This document shows positions 1 to 17,894 of a stretch of 64,000 nucleotides of DNA, one piece after another. Source of the stretch: the human T2T-CHM13v2.0 reference genome, Homo sapiens; assembly GCF_009914755.1 (NCBI RefSeq), contig NC_060928.1; one strand, written 5' to 3'. The stretch's first letter is position 1. Every line of letters starts with the position of its first letter. The notes beneath the pieces are model-generated. The model did not search any database and had not been told where the DNA came from. It saw only the letters and a program-made list of their open reading frames with translations. The translations under genes and the position numbers were made by a program.

Positions 1-881
1 TGCCTCAGTGGCACCTGGAACCCCAGTGAGACAGCATCATTCACTCCCCTGGTAAGGGGGCTGAAGCGAGGGAGCCAAGTGGTCTTGCTCAGCGGGTCCC
101 ACTACCATGGAGCCCGGCAAGCTAAGAACAACTGGTTTGAAATTCTGGCTGCCAGCACAGCAGTTTGAAGTCGACCTGGGAAGCTTGAGCTTGGTGGGGG
201 GAGGGGCACCCACCATTACTGAGGCTTGAGTAGGCAGTTTTCCCCTCACAGTGTTAATTCTGACTGTGCAGATCTCACCACAGTGCAGCAAGGCACCTGG
301 GGCCGAACTGCCTCTCTAGATTCCTCCTCTCTGGGCAGGGCATCTCTGGAAGAAAGGCAGTAGCCCTAGCCAGGGGCTTATAGATAAAACTCCCACCTCC
401 CTGGGACAGAACATCTGGGGGAAGGGGTGGCTGTGGGAGCAGCTTCAGCAGACTTAAACATTCCTGCCTACTATGGATCTCCTGCACAGGGCTTGAGCTC
501 TGCTAAGGGACAGACTGCCTCCTCAAGTGGGTCCCTGATCCCCATGCCTCCTGATTAGGAGACACCTCCCTGCAGGGGTCGACAGACACCTCATATAGGA
601 GAGTTCCAACTGGCATTAGGCGGGTGCCCCTCTGGGACGAAGCTTCCAGAGGAAGAAACAGGCAGCAATCTTTGCTGTTCTGCAGCCTCCACTGGTGATA
701 TCTAGGCAAACAGGGTCTGGAGTGGACCTCCAGCAAACTCCAGCAGACCTGCAGAAGAGAGGCCTGTTAGATGTAAAACTAACAAAAAGAAAGCAATAAC
801 ATCAACATCAACAAAAAGGACTCCCACAGAAAAACCCCATCCAAAGGTCATCAGCATCAAAGATCAAGGGTAGATAAATCT

Positions 882-1912
882 ATGAAGATGAGGAAAAACC
901 AATGCAAAAATGCTGAAAATTCCAAAAGCCAGAATACCTCTTCTCCTCCATATGATTGGAACTCCTCTCCAGCAAGGGCACAAAACTGGACAGAGAATGA
1001 GTTTGACAAATTGACAGAAGTAGGCTTCAGAAGGTGGGTAATAACAAACTCCTCTGAGCTAAAGGAGCATGTTCTAACCCAATGCAAGGAAGCTAAGAAC
1101 CTTGATAAAAGGTTACAGGAATTGCTAACTAGAATAACCAGTTTAGAGAAAAACGTAATGACCTGATGGAGCTGAAAAACACAGCATGAGAACTTCGTGA
1201 AGCATACACAACTATCAATAGCCAAACCAACAAACAGAAGAAAGGATATCAGAGATTGAAGATCGACTTAATGAAATAAGGCATGAAGACAAGAGTAGAA
1301 AAAAAAAAAATGAAAAGGGATGAACAAAGCCTCCAAGAGATATGAGACTATGTAAATAGACCAAACCTACCTTTGATTGGTGTACGTGAAAGTGACAGGA
1401 AGAATGGAACCAAGTTGGAAAACACACTTCAGGATGTCATCCAGGAGAACTTTCCCAACGCAGCAAGACAGGCCAACATTCAAATTCAAGAAATACAGAG
1501 AACACCACTAAGATACTCCTTGAGAAGAGCAACCCCAAGACAAATAATCTTCAGATTCTCCAAGGTTGAAATGAAGGACAAAATGTTAAGGGCAGACAGA
1601 GAGAAAGGTCAGGTTACCTCCAAAGGGAACCCATCAGACTCACAGCAGATTTCTCAGCAGAAACCCCACAAGCTAGAAGAGAGTGGGGGCCAATTTGCAA
1701 CATTCGTAAAGAAAAGAATTTTCAACACAGAATTTCATATCCAGCCAAACTAAGCTTCATAAAGTGAAGGAGAAATAAAATCCTTTACAGATAAGCAAAT
1801 GCTGAGATATTGTGTTACCACCAGGCCTGCCTTACAAGAGCTCCTGAAAGAACCACTAAATATGGAAAGGAAAAACTGGTACCAGCCACTGCAAAAACAT
1901 ACCAAAATATGA
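882..1912 (+). pseudogene. L1 ORF1p remnant (frameshifts and stops)
   Basis: ORF pieces MRKNQCKNAENSK..LTEVGFRRWVITNSSELKEH (882-1166) and IGVRESDRKNGTKLENTLQDVIQENFPN..RATPRQIIFRFSKVEMK (1373-1753). Confidence 0.92.
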
Positions 1913-1972
1913 AGACCAACAACACTGTGAAGAAACTGCATCAACTAATGTACAAAATAACCAGCTAGCATT

Positions 1973-5808
<3,836 letters not shown>

Positions 5809-7089
5809 ACAATGAGAACACATGGACACAGGGAGGGGAACATCACATACCAGGGCCTGTTGGGGGATAGGGGGCAAGGGGAGAGAGAGCATAAGGACAA
5901 ATACCTATTGCATGTGGGCTTAAAACCTAGATGACAGGTTGATGGGTGCAGCGAAACACCATGGCCCATGTATACCTATGTAACAAACCTGCACGTTCTG
6001 CACATGTATCCGAGAACTTAAAGTTTAATTAAAAAAAAAAAAGAAAACTCATCTTTCAGATCTTGATGCTAGGTTGAATGTGGCCACGTTCTATGCCATG
6101 ATGCGGCATGGTTGGGTGAGCAGGTGATGGGGGCGGTGCGTATGTAACTCCACCAGCAGGTCTCCTCTCTAGGCTCCATCTACCTAATTGGGCATCAACT
6201 CACCATCTCTCCATGAGTCCAACACACCTAGGTTCCTCTTGGACCAGATTGTTGCTTCATAGGGAAGACACCAAAGGCGGTAATTGTGCTTGTGTGTAGT
6301 GAAAATGGGGTATAAAGATACAAACATTTAGCTTTTAGCTTCATGTACAAGTGAGGGGAGCTGCTTATTTCTTATTCCCCAGAGAGATGGGGGCCTGAGA
6401 CAGTGAGGGCAGATTGAGGGACTCCATTTCCTGTTCATGCTGGTGCACATGCTCACTGAGTGTATTGGCAAGCTAGCAGCCCATACTATTTCAGAAGATT
6501 CTTCTCTTTCTCATTTGGCTAAATTTTACCTGTTGAACTTTAGTATATTAAATATGTCTAAGCTGTAATTTCACCATACTCAATTTATCTGAGTTCCATT
6601 TTCTTTGAATAATGAAAATAATAATTTCTATTCATCTCATGGATAAAGTTTTAGGAGATTAAGATAACATAAAATGTGAAAGTCTTTAGTGAAATACAAA
6701 GTTCTATATAAAGGTAATGGTTTATTTTTTATTATTTTTAGAAGACTGAATGGATTGTTGTGGGGTGTGGCTTAAGTTACTGTTATCTGTGGGTGATGAT
6801 GAAATTCTCAGAGCACGTCCCCATACTACCCTGCAGCCTGGGAGGCTCTATTGATCAAACACTGGTTCCTAGTTCATGTTCACACTGTGTGTTCCAGGCC
6901 TTGGGTAGGAAGGAGCCTCATGTGGGAACTCTGGCCTTGGAGTTAGGAGACCTTTGCTAGTAATCACCAACCAAACTGGCAAGCACCAAATTCTCTTGAC
7001 TTTGCTTTCATCATTTGTAGAACAAACCAATTTGATTTTACAGGATGATCTCTAGGGTCCTTAAAACTTCAAGTTCATGAGTCAAAACA

Positions 7090-7250
7090 AATGTTTCCCA
7101 AAGTATGGTGTAGAGGAAAGTCAGCTTCATTAGAATTATCTGAAGAGCTTGTTAAAAATGCAGATGAGATTCCTTCTTGGATCTCATCCTGGATTTAATG
7201 ATTCAGAGTCGCCTTGTTTGCAGTCCCAGTATCTGCATTTTAATTAAGTA
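7090..7250. mobile_element. MER5-like hAT-Charlie DNA transposon relic
   Basis: tttcccaaagt..agaattatctgaagagcttgttaaaaatgcagat..atctgcattttaattaag internal palindromic signature. Confidence 0.6.
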
Positions 7251-7481
7251 TGGGAAAAGGCATTTTAAGTCCTATATTTTTTACTTCAGTTTTGGCTATA
7301 AAATGTAATTGAGGCTAGTCTTAATGAACAACTTAATTGGAAAGCTTGAAAGGAATGTGAACATTCTTGACACTGGTTCTTTAGAAAGCAAAACCACAGA
7401 TAGCCATTATCTTGTTAGATGGATATGGAAAATACGAGTGATTTCTTACATTCCTGTTACCATAAAAGTATACTTATTCTG

Positions 7482-7832
<351 letters not shown>

Positions 7833-9204
7833 TTATTTTGCCCAAAACTTTTACTTAAAAGGGCTAATAGTCTTTCTTTAATAATGAAATGTTTGTTTCA
7901 ATAGGTTCAAAGGCTGTTGCCTTATCACCTTGGAGCTGTAAGTTGGAAAAATACAACTTATCCAAACTGAAAATATACCCCAAAAGAATGAAAAACCCCC
8001 ATTTGCCAAGAAAATACATGGCCCTGTTCTTTCTATTTTGTGCCTCCGTCTAAGTGAATCACTGCCTTTCTTCTCATCAATTGATCTCCAGGGATAATCT
8101 GTGTTCTCTCCTCACAAATGAACCTTACAAAAACTTTTGTTCATCTCTCATGTTTTCTCTCACTTATTGCATGGAGATGGGAAGATGAATTTTCACTTGC
8201 TCTGTTATTTGGAAAAACTCTATGTGAATCCTGTTGGTCACCAGTGTTGCACTGACTAGCACTGCTTTTTCTTTTCATCACTATGAAGTGGGTGAAATTT
8301 GATCACGTTTGTCTAGAATATCAAGCGAGTGCATCACAAAGGAAGTGCAACACGGGCCCAGATCTGTTTTTCCATCAATCTCCAATCATCTCCAAGTCTC
8401 TCTCTCCATCCTTGACCTTTCAGTTAGGTTTAATTTCCCTACTTTGAACTGCCTACTGTACCACCTTTGTGGGGGAAAACAGTGTTTGTTCACCTAAGCT
8501 ATAGACTATGTACGTCATAGGCAGTTGAATTTTACCCAGTGACATTAGGATAATTAACTCACCATCTCTGTCTGTATTGACCAAATTATGTAACCTCATT
8601 TGTGTAGCTTGTTGTAGCTTGGCTTCACATAATATTTGGAAAGCCTCAAGATCCTTGTTAAATTATTAAATTTGATGATAATAAAAATTAAAAATACACA
8701 TTAAATATAGTTATTGTAATTGATGCATTAATTCAACCAACATTTATTTCATCTTGATCTAATCTAAGTTCTACAGTAAGTGTTGGTGATACAAGACTAA
8801 CTTTATTCTGATTCTTAGTATGTAAAAGTTATATTAAGACTTTTTTTACACTTTTCTGGGAAAAAGGAGAAGTACTGCAAAAAATTAAGAAGGAGTAAAT
8901 TAAGGCAAATTAATAGACTGAGGAAGGTACTAATACTAATGCATCAGTGAAAATTAAGAAACCCTTCAATTTCAGGCATCCAACATAATTTGCATTCTTC
9001 TTCTCATATCCAAGGACATCTACTTGGGCAGGTGAGTACAAGGAAAAAAATCAGATGTGCATCATTTCTAAAGAAATTCCATTAATGGCTTTGGGGAGAA
9101 GATTAACAGAAAACAATGAGAGTATTTGCCAAACATCTGTAGAAAGTAGTGTACGTTTTTGGAAATGAACTGCAAATCATATACGCTTCAGGGTACTACG
9201 CTCA

Positions 9205-10128
9205 TTTATCTAACTGCTTACTCCATATCTTTACCTGTTTAATAGCTCACTAACACTTAGAATACTAAAAGTGGAATTCTTGATCTCCTCCCTCTCCAAA
9301 TATGCTCCTTTCATAGTCTTCTCCTTCTCAGTGAGTGACATCACCATTTACCCAGTTGTTAGGCCAGAGCCCCTTACATCTATCCCTTACACAAGATTAG
9401 AAACCTTCCAAATCTGATCACTCCTCGCCCTGCCCATTGCTTCTACCCATATCCAAGTCAGCATCACATCTTGCTGAAATACAACCTCTTAATTACTTCT
9501 ATTCTTGCTTTTCCTTCATTCTATTCTCTCTCTATACAACATTCAAAGTTCTCCTTTAAAACGGTGTATAGATTATATACACTCTATTTAAAACTTTTAG
9601 TGATTTCTGGTTATAATTAAAATGCTGTACAATGGAAATCTATTCCCACAGCCAACGTGGGGCAGTGCATAACCTCATTACTCTTCACCCCTCACACTCC
9701 ACTCCCTATGATTCTCCCTCTCACCCAGTCTGCACCAGCTACACTGGCCTCCTTCCTGGTCCTGGAACACTCCAAGCTTATTCTTGATCGAAGGCTGCTG
9801 CATTTGCTTTTCTCTTAGCCTGGAATGCCCTCCTCCCAGATCTTTGCTGGCTGACTCTTCTTGTTATTTAGACTGACTTTCTCCTCGGCTGCCCTCTCTG
9901 TAATAGCGATCAACCAGTCACTTTCCTTCCCACCACCCCTCTCAATTTTCCCTTTAGTGTTTGTCTCTCTTTGAAATTATTCTTTCCATTGATTTGCTTG
10001 TTTATTTTCTGTCTTCCGCAAATAGAATGTGGGCTTCATAAGAGTTGTGATTTTCTCTGTGTTGTTCTCTACCACACCCTAAAAAGGGCATGAAGTGGGT
10101 TCTCAATACATATGTATTGACTGAATCT
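9205..10128 (+). mobile_element. LINE-2 3' fragment
   Basis: Pyrimidine-rich L2 motifs (accatttacccagttg, gcctggaatgccctcctcccagat) ending in L2 tail ctcaatacatatgtattgactgaat. Confidence 0.7.
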
Positions 10129-11040
10129 CAGCATATTAATAAGACAAAAATGTATTGGTTTTGGGGTAATGCATAAAATCATGTAAATAAAGGGTTTCCC
10201 TATTATTGCATTGTAATAATAAACCAAATTATGTAGTTTAATTTTATTTTTACATAGCCTAAGCATACATGAGAAATACTTTGAAAAGTATAAGAGAAAA
10301 TGTGTAAAGAAAAAATATTTTAAATGCATATTTTCTGTTTCTACATTTTTAATAATTAAATTTAAACTTAGACAATCATTCTCTGGATCACTCATCTATA
10401 AAATAGGTGATTAATGTAGAAAATTACCTCATGGATTTTTTCTGGCAAAGCAGTAATTTACTGATCCACTATTATAAACCTTTCTGTTCTCTTCAGAGGG
10501 CTATAAGTCATCAAATCAAAACTACTACAGAAATCCAATAATATTGGAAGCATTGGTTGAATATTAAGAATATTCTGGTTTATTGAAGGGGGTGTAGAGA
10601 AGCACAAATATCAAATAAACCTTTGATATTCAGTTGTGCTGTAGGTTATGTAGACCAGCGTTATGTTTACCAAAAAGACAATCTCAACATCAAGGAAAGT
10701 ATATAATTCAGTGGTTAGACATCTATCAACAATTTTAAGAATTGGCAAGTCCTTAATTTTAGCAAGTGACATTTTGCTCCACATGTCATGATTTTATAAA
10801 TGTGTAATACTATTAAATGACCTCATATTTGGAACTCAGGTGATATACCAAAGAAAATTAGGACTCCAATTATTCCTATCTTTGTGATGTTGAGTTCTTT
10901 TATGGCAGTAATTTTTCCATAAGGAAGTTGAGAGGCATGGGGGAGAAAAACAACCAACCAACCAACCAAAATCAGCTGTCATCTTTCCTTGAGGACAAAA
11001 TATGCACAATGACCATAATTTAAGGTAAACAGTACATACC

Positions 11041-11401
11041 TGTGTTAGTCTGTTTTAACACTGCTATAAAGAAGTATCAGAGACTGGATAATTTATAAAG
11101 GAAAGAGGTTTAATTGATTCATAGCTCTGCATGGCTGAGGAGGCCTCAGGAAACTTACAATCACGGTGGAAGGTGAAGGAGAAGCAAGTACCTTTGTCAC
11201 AAGGTGGCAGGAAAGACAGAGAATGCAGGGGAAACTGTCACTTTTAAAATTATCAGGTCCCATGAGAACTCCCTATCACAAGAACAACATGAGGGAACCA
11301 TCCCCATGATCCACTCACCTCCCACCAGGTCTCTCCCTTGCCACATGGGTATTTTGATTAGGAATAAGATTTGGGTGTGGAGACAGAGCCAAACCATATC
11401 A
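11041..11401 (-). mobile_element. MaLR solo LTR, THE1D-like
   Basis: tgtgttagtc..ggaggcctcaggaaacttacaatc..agagccaaaccatatca; 361 bp with TG..CA termini. Confidence 0.88.
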
Positions 11402-11648
11402 ACCACCATGCGTATGTAAGAGATGGGGACCTTTATGTCCTGATCTCTTGCATGCACAGAGCCTTGGTTACGTCCTTCTTGGCCTGAAGTGGCTCCTTAG
11501 GGCACTCCTGTACTTCCTTGGTCTTAACCCTGGGGGCCTATCTGGTCAGCCAGGGGCTTCTTGCAGGCCTTCTCTGCCTTCAGCTTGTGGATGTGTTCCA
11601 GGAGAATCTGTTTGATTCTCATTCACCTAAAAGGGCACCAAGTCCTGA

Positions 11649-11978
11649 GGCTGGGTGTGGTGGCTCATGCCTGGGTGCGTGACACCCAGCACTTTGGGTG
11701 GCTGAGGTAGGAGGATCACTTGAGCCCAGGAGTTCAAGACCAGCCTTGGCAAGATATGGAGAACACATCTCTACACAAAATAAAAAAAAATTAGCAGGGC
11801 ATGGTGGCTTGTACCTGTTGTCTCAGCTACTCAAGAGGCCGAGGTGGGAGAACAGCTTAAAGCCTGGGAGTTTGAGGCTGCAGTGACCTGTGATCATGCC
11901 ACTGAACTCCAGCCTGGGTGACAGAGTGAGGCCTTGTCTCAAAAATAAATAAATAAAACAGAACAAAATAAATAAAAA
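11649..11978 (+). mobile_element. AluJ
   Basis: ggaggatcacttgagcccaggagttcaagacc left arm; J-type right arm; A-rich tail. Confidence 0.88.
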
Positions 11979-12429
11979 TTCAAATGGAAAGAGAGACTTA
12001 GGGGTGATTTCAGAGTAATTGAGATATCAGATATGGGTTGCTAGGGTTTCAGATTCACTCATAACAATTTTCCAAGTTGCTCCATTGAAATTCTACTCAC
12101 CTCCTTCGATGGAAGCCCACTGCATATCCATCCTCTTTTGCTCCTTGTAAAGGCCAATTCTGAGACCTTCACTTTGAAGTGCATGCAAAGCTCTAAGCTG
12201 CTAAGTAATCAATGAAAAAGAAAGCTCTTCAAATGAGTAGACATGCAACACTTTTTCATTTTGATGTGCTACTTCTTGTGACTGCCATCATTGCAACTCT
12301 CTGAAGCGGGCAGAGCAAAGCAAAAGCACAAGCACCTGGAACTAGCACAAAAGCACATCTTTTTTTGCAGCAAACAGGCCACTTGGCTTGAACCAATATG
12401 TGCATCCAAAGAGACAAAATACAGAATTA

Positions 12430-12620
12430 AAATCATAGTATCAAGAACATCAAAGGGACCTAGACAGCATCTAGCTAATGCCCATTATTTTATGCTGAAA
12501 GGAACTGAGACCTAGAGAGGGTATATAACTTGCTTAAGGTCACAGAGCTAGTCAATGCATACACAGGACTACAATACTCAGTAGGTTTCTCTCAGGACAG
12601 TGGTTCCAATTACACCAGGC
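12430..12620 (-). mobile_element. MIR
   Basis: Core gaaaggaactgagacctagagaggg..aacttgcttaaggtcacagagctagt. Confidence 0.65.
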
Positions 12621-13622
12621 TTTCTGTTATTTTGTAACAAAAAAAAAGTGGGTATATACCCACGAATTAGGAAATCACAAGCAAAATGCTTACACTTAGT
12701 TTTAAGGCATTAATTATATTATTAAAATGAAAACCAATGTTTCAGTTGTATAAGCCATTTACAGAATCATCTCTATCAGGGAGAGAAATGAAGGCCCCAG
12801 GGTTTTAGCAAAAGCTTATAGATTTTGTTATTTTGTTATTTCAGAGTAAAATGGGATTTGCCAAGCACTAACAGTGAAAAGAGCCTTAAGAAGATATATA
12901 TTCCTTTTGCCTCTAAAGATGGACTGACACCTCATGTACTTGATCAGATATGGGTTGCTCTTTCTGCAGGCTCCTTCATTGTTCTGGCCAGAACTGAGGA
13001 AAATGGGCACTTCTCCGAAGACTGGGTATTTCAGTTCAAATTGAGGGTTTTTTTAAAAGTAGTTTGATAGTTCAATTTGAGAAACTGGATGAAACTTTTG
13101 GAAAAGACAAGCTTTCTATTAAAGTGCCCAGTGCTGTTTACTTCTGCTGGAAGGCATGAGCCACAGCTGTAGCACTTGGAGTGGTGGATAACTTTTCCAC
13201 CTCATTCCTGCCTGCTGGTGGAAGTGGCTCAAGAGCCTTAGGGCTCTTTAACCCTGTAAGCAACATTTTCTGGGCAAATCTGTTATTTTGTCTTCAGTGA
13301 CTCAAGATTGAGTTTTGTGTTTTTTAAAAAATTGGATTCCTGTCAGTATGACCCTGAAATCTTTGAGTATTATTCAACTTTCGGTCCCCTTTAAGAAGAG
13401 AGCATTAAACAAAACAGAAATCTTAACATCTCCATATCATTCCCTAATTGCATTTATTAACAGCCTTAGAAATATTTTGTTGGAGTTTAGGTGAGTGATT
13501 CATGTTCTGAGTCTTTTTTATCCTCCCCAAAACATTTCTATATTTAAATATTTTCAAATGCATACCATCCTTAAAGAGGGCAAGTACAATAGACAATAAT
13601 GTTTTAAAAAGTAACAGGTTTA

Positions 13623-14440
<818 letters not shown>

Positions 14441-14869
14441 TTAATGGTACTAGTCATTTTTGGCACAAATGGCTCTCACTGTAACCAGAAGTTGGTTCTA
14501 AAATGGACATATGTCCTTTTATTTTCTTATGAGTGAGATCCATTTGCTAGAAAATTATTGCTATGAAGTTTAGTTCTTCTGTATCAAATCAAGATTAGTT
14601 TTATAATGGACACAAATGTAGGTCAAACAATATGTGAAAACTACTCGTGTGTTGTTTCCTATGAGCAAAGAAGCTGGGGAAAAAAATCTAATTAGGTCAA
14701 CAAGTCAGGAATGACTAAAATATCAATTACTGGATACCATTTCTTTATCAAACCTTTCCTAGTTGAATACCTAGCTACCTTTCTTGCCGGTCTCCTTTTG
14801 CATTGCAGGGGCCGGCCGGCATAGAATGTAAACAAATAGCATGGTCAGTAATAATACACATGCAAGGGG

Positions 14870-15013
14870 CCCTTTTAAATTACTCAAGTGCCAGGCTCTT
14901 CACATGGTTGGGTAATATTATTCCTATTTTATAAAAGAGGAAACCGAGGCCCAGAGATGTTATTTAACCCAAAGTTGCACAATGGGTGCACGATAGGGCT
15001 AGGGTTCAAATCC
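14870..15013 (-). mobile_element. MIR
   Basis: cctattttataaaagaggaaaccgaggcccagagatgtt core. Confidence 0.65.
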
Positions 15014-15017
15014 CAAA

Positions 15018-16205
15018 ACAGTAAAATGTGTAGTTAGGAGCAAGGGCTTGGAGTCATATAGACCTGAGTTTTCTTCCTGGCTCTGTACTAGCTGAGATCT
15101 TAGGCATGTTTCTCAGACTTGCTAAGATTCGATTTCCCTACCTGTGAAATGGAAAAGATAATATTTAATGCAGAGAGAGGATTGTAGGGTCCAGCCCTAC
15201 GGGGCTTAGTGGGTGTTCTCTCCGTGTGCGGAGACGAGAGATTGTAATAAATAAAGACACAAAACAAAGAAATAAAGAGAAGGCAGCTGGGCCTGGGGGA
15301 CCACTACCATCAAGATGCAGAGACCAGTAGTGGCCCCGAAAGGCTGGGTGCACTGATATTTATTGCATACAAGACAAGGGGGGCAGGGTAAGGAGGGTGA
15401 ATCTTCTAAGTGATCGATAAGGTGAAGCAAGTCACGTGATCATAGGACAGTGGCCCCTTCCCTTTCAGGAGCCGAAGCCGAAGCAGAGAGAGAAGGCAGC
15501 ATATGTCAGCATTTTCTTCTATGCACTTATAAGAAAGATCACAGACTTTAAGACTTTCACTATTTCTTCTACCGTTATCTACTACGAACTTCAAAGAGGA
15601 ACCAGGAGTACGGGAGGAACATGAAAGTGGACAAGGAGCATGACCACTGAAGCACAGCACCACAGGGAGGGGTTTAGGCCTCCGGATGACTGCGGGTGGA
15701 CCTGGATAATATCCAGAAGCTGGTGGAGCAGAGTGTTCCCTGACTCCTCCAAGGAAAGGAGACTCCCTTTCGCGGTCTGCTAAGTAATGGATGTCTTCCA
15801 AGACAGTGGCATTACCACTTGACCAAGGAGCCCTCAAGGGGCCCTTATGCGGGCGTGACAGAGGGCTCACCTCTTGCCTTGTAGGTCACTTCTCACAACG
15901 TCCCTTCAGCACCTGACCCTATACCCGCCGGTTATTCCTAGGTTATATTAGTAATGCAACAAAGAGTAATATTAAAAGCTAATGATTAAATAATGTTTAT
16001 AATAATGATTGATAATTGTCCATGATCATCTCTATATCTAATTTGTATTATGACTATTCTTATTCTAACTATTTTCTTTATTTACTGAAACAGTTTGTGT
16101 CTTCAGTCTCTTGCCTTGACACCTAGGTAATCTTTTGCCCACAGAGGATTAAGAGACAAGGTACATAAGAGTGAAGCATGTGCCTACAATATTTGCTGAG
16201 TGAAT
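15018..16205 (+). mobile_element. MIR split by the LTR13A insertion (pieces 15018-15182 and 16150-16205)
   Basis: gggcttggagtcatatagacctgagt..cctgtgaaatggaaaagataata..gaggat then gaggattaagagac resumes after the LTR. Confidence 0.6.
15183..16143 (-). mobile_element. ERVK solo LTR, LTR13A-like (HERV-K13/HML-4)
   Basis: 961 bp; minus strand starts tgtgggcaaaagattacctaggtg and ends gggctggaccctaca; perfect 6-bp TSD GAGGAT (15177-15182 and 16144-16149), as expected for betaretrovirus-like integrase. Confidence 0.88.
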
Positions 16206-16829
16206 AAGTCTAGGAGTGTCTCACTCCAAATGCTATGCCCTAACACTGTGTCACACCACTTTGGCTTACTCACCAGCATAATAAAGCCACAAGAAGCTCT
16301 GATTCAGGAAAACATGGCAGGGCTGCGACATAGATTCAGAAGCTCTGGTTACAATAAAAACTACAGTGGGTGCAGCTTGGTTTTCTCTTTCTTACCAAGG
16401 ACCTCTGAGGCTGCTAGAGAACTGTAGTTGTGGGTAAAAATAATTTGAGACAACACCCTGGTTTTCTTCTTCTCACTGATGTTGAAGCAGCGGTGGGGAC
16501 CAGCACTGGAGGCACCCCTTACTATTGTGTATCCACTGACCATGCTCAGGTCATTCAGGTCACCGAGAGAGAAGTCAAGCATTATGGCATCCCAACCAGA
16601 TAATTTCTTCATACCTAGCTGGAGTCTGGGTTCTGAACTCATATTTCCTTTGTATCCTGATGAGCTGGGCTGTAAGGTTCCCAGCTAAAACATTTTTATT
16701 TGCTAAATCTGGTGACTCTAGCTGGAAGGCACAGTCTAGAATTGGGCCTGAGAGTCCCTTTTCCTTTTCTATCCTTTAACCATAAAGTGAGTACCAGAGC
16801 TCCCTACTTCATTTCCTCTTGGTCTTCCA

Positions 16830-17185
16830 ATGGCTTCTCGCATGCAGAATCAAGGCCTTTGCTAAAGCAGAGGTGCTGTCCCTCACTGCCAGCCTAGTTA
16901 AATGGGACACCCACTTGCTTTTAGCTGATGTCCTTGCCTCATACTTCATTGAGAAAGCAGGGGCAATCAGAGGGAAACTCCATGAACTTTACCCACCAAA
17001 TCTCCTGACTCTCTTGCACTTTGCCTGTTAGTTCTGCCTTTAATGGGTAGCCAAGGCTGAGACTCACCCATTAGAAAGGAAGCTACATGAAGTCAGGGAT
17101 TGGGTCAGTTTTTAAGATGTTTTCTCTCAAGAGTATAGACTAGAGCCTTGAATATTATAGCTGCTTTATAAATACTTGGGAAAAA
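16830..17185 (+). mobile_element. LINE-2 fragments
   Basis: gatgtccttgcctcatacttcattgagaaa..atcagagggaaactcc and L2 3' tail motif. Confidence 0.55.
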
Positions 17186-17781
17186 TTAATTTCGGTTAAA
17201 TGATTTTAGTTAGAGAGAGAAGCAGGGGCAAGGAAAGAAGTCTGATATCCTCTTAAATCTAGAATGGGATGTTATTATAAGTTTTTTTGGTGTCGTGCCA
17301 TTTCCCTCTACTTTGTGAGTCTGTGATGTTTGCCATGAGGAGCTTGGTGTGGGGTAGGGTTATATGTTGGCCGACAGGTATTTAGAGAAGAGTTTAGAAG
17401 ATGGAGCAGTCTTTAGCTTCACGGTGCCTGCCTATATAGAAAGTTGATTACCAGATTCTTATTTTTGTATTTCATTCGCTAATTTCTTAGGCAAAGAATT
17501 TTAATTTGTATATTTTGTACATTTGCTATAAGATGATTTTATTATCATTTACTACTCTTTTTTAGTACCAAAAGCTTAGGCAACATATGAAAGTAAAAGC
17601 TATCACTCTCTTCTGTCAGCCTTTAGGGTTTATTTCTTCTAAGTACTTATTACCCCCTTTTTAACAGGAGTCAAGCATTCTGGAGGGAACCCTGGGCAGA
17701 AGGCAAAGGGCACCCAGCATTAGGTCTGCCTACCCTGCCTCATTTTTTTCCTCACTCCTAAAGATGACTCAGTGGCTCTGA

Positions 17782-17886
17782 CTGGGCCTTGGGCTCATCT
17801 TCTCAGTTCTGTCCAGTTCAATACATATTTGCTGGGCCTTGAGCTTCATCCTCTCAGTTCTGTCCAGTTAAATACATATTTGCTGG
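17782..17886. repeat. Two-copy tandem duplication, 50-51 bp unit
   Basis: ctgggccttg.gct(t)catc.tctcagttctgtccagtt.aatacatatttg twice. Confidence 0.95.
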
Positions 17887-17894
17887 TAGATGTT

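Noticed and set aside
275-736. Antisense ORFs in the L1 5'UTR resembling primate L1 ORF0
   Set aside because: The ORF0-like peptide is split across separate ORFs; no intact reading frame
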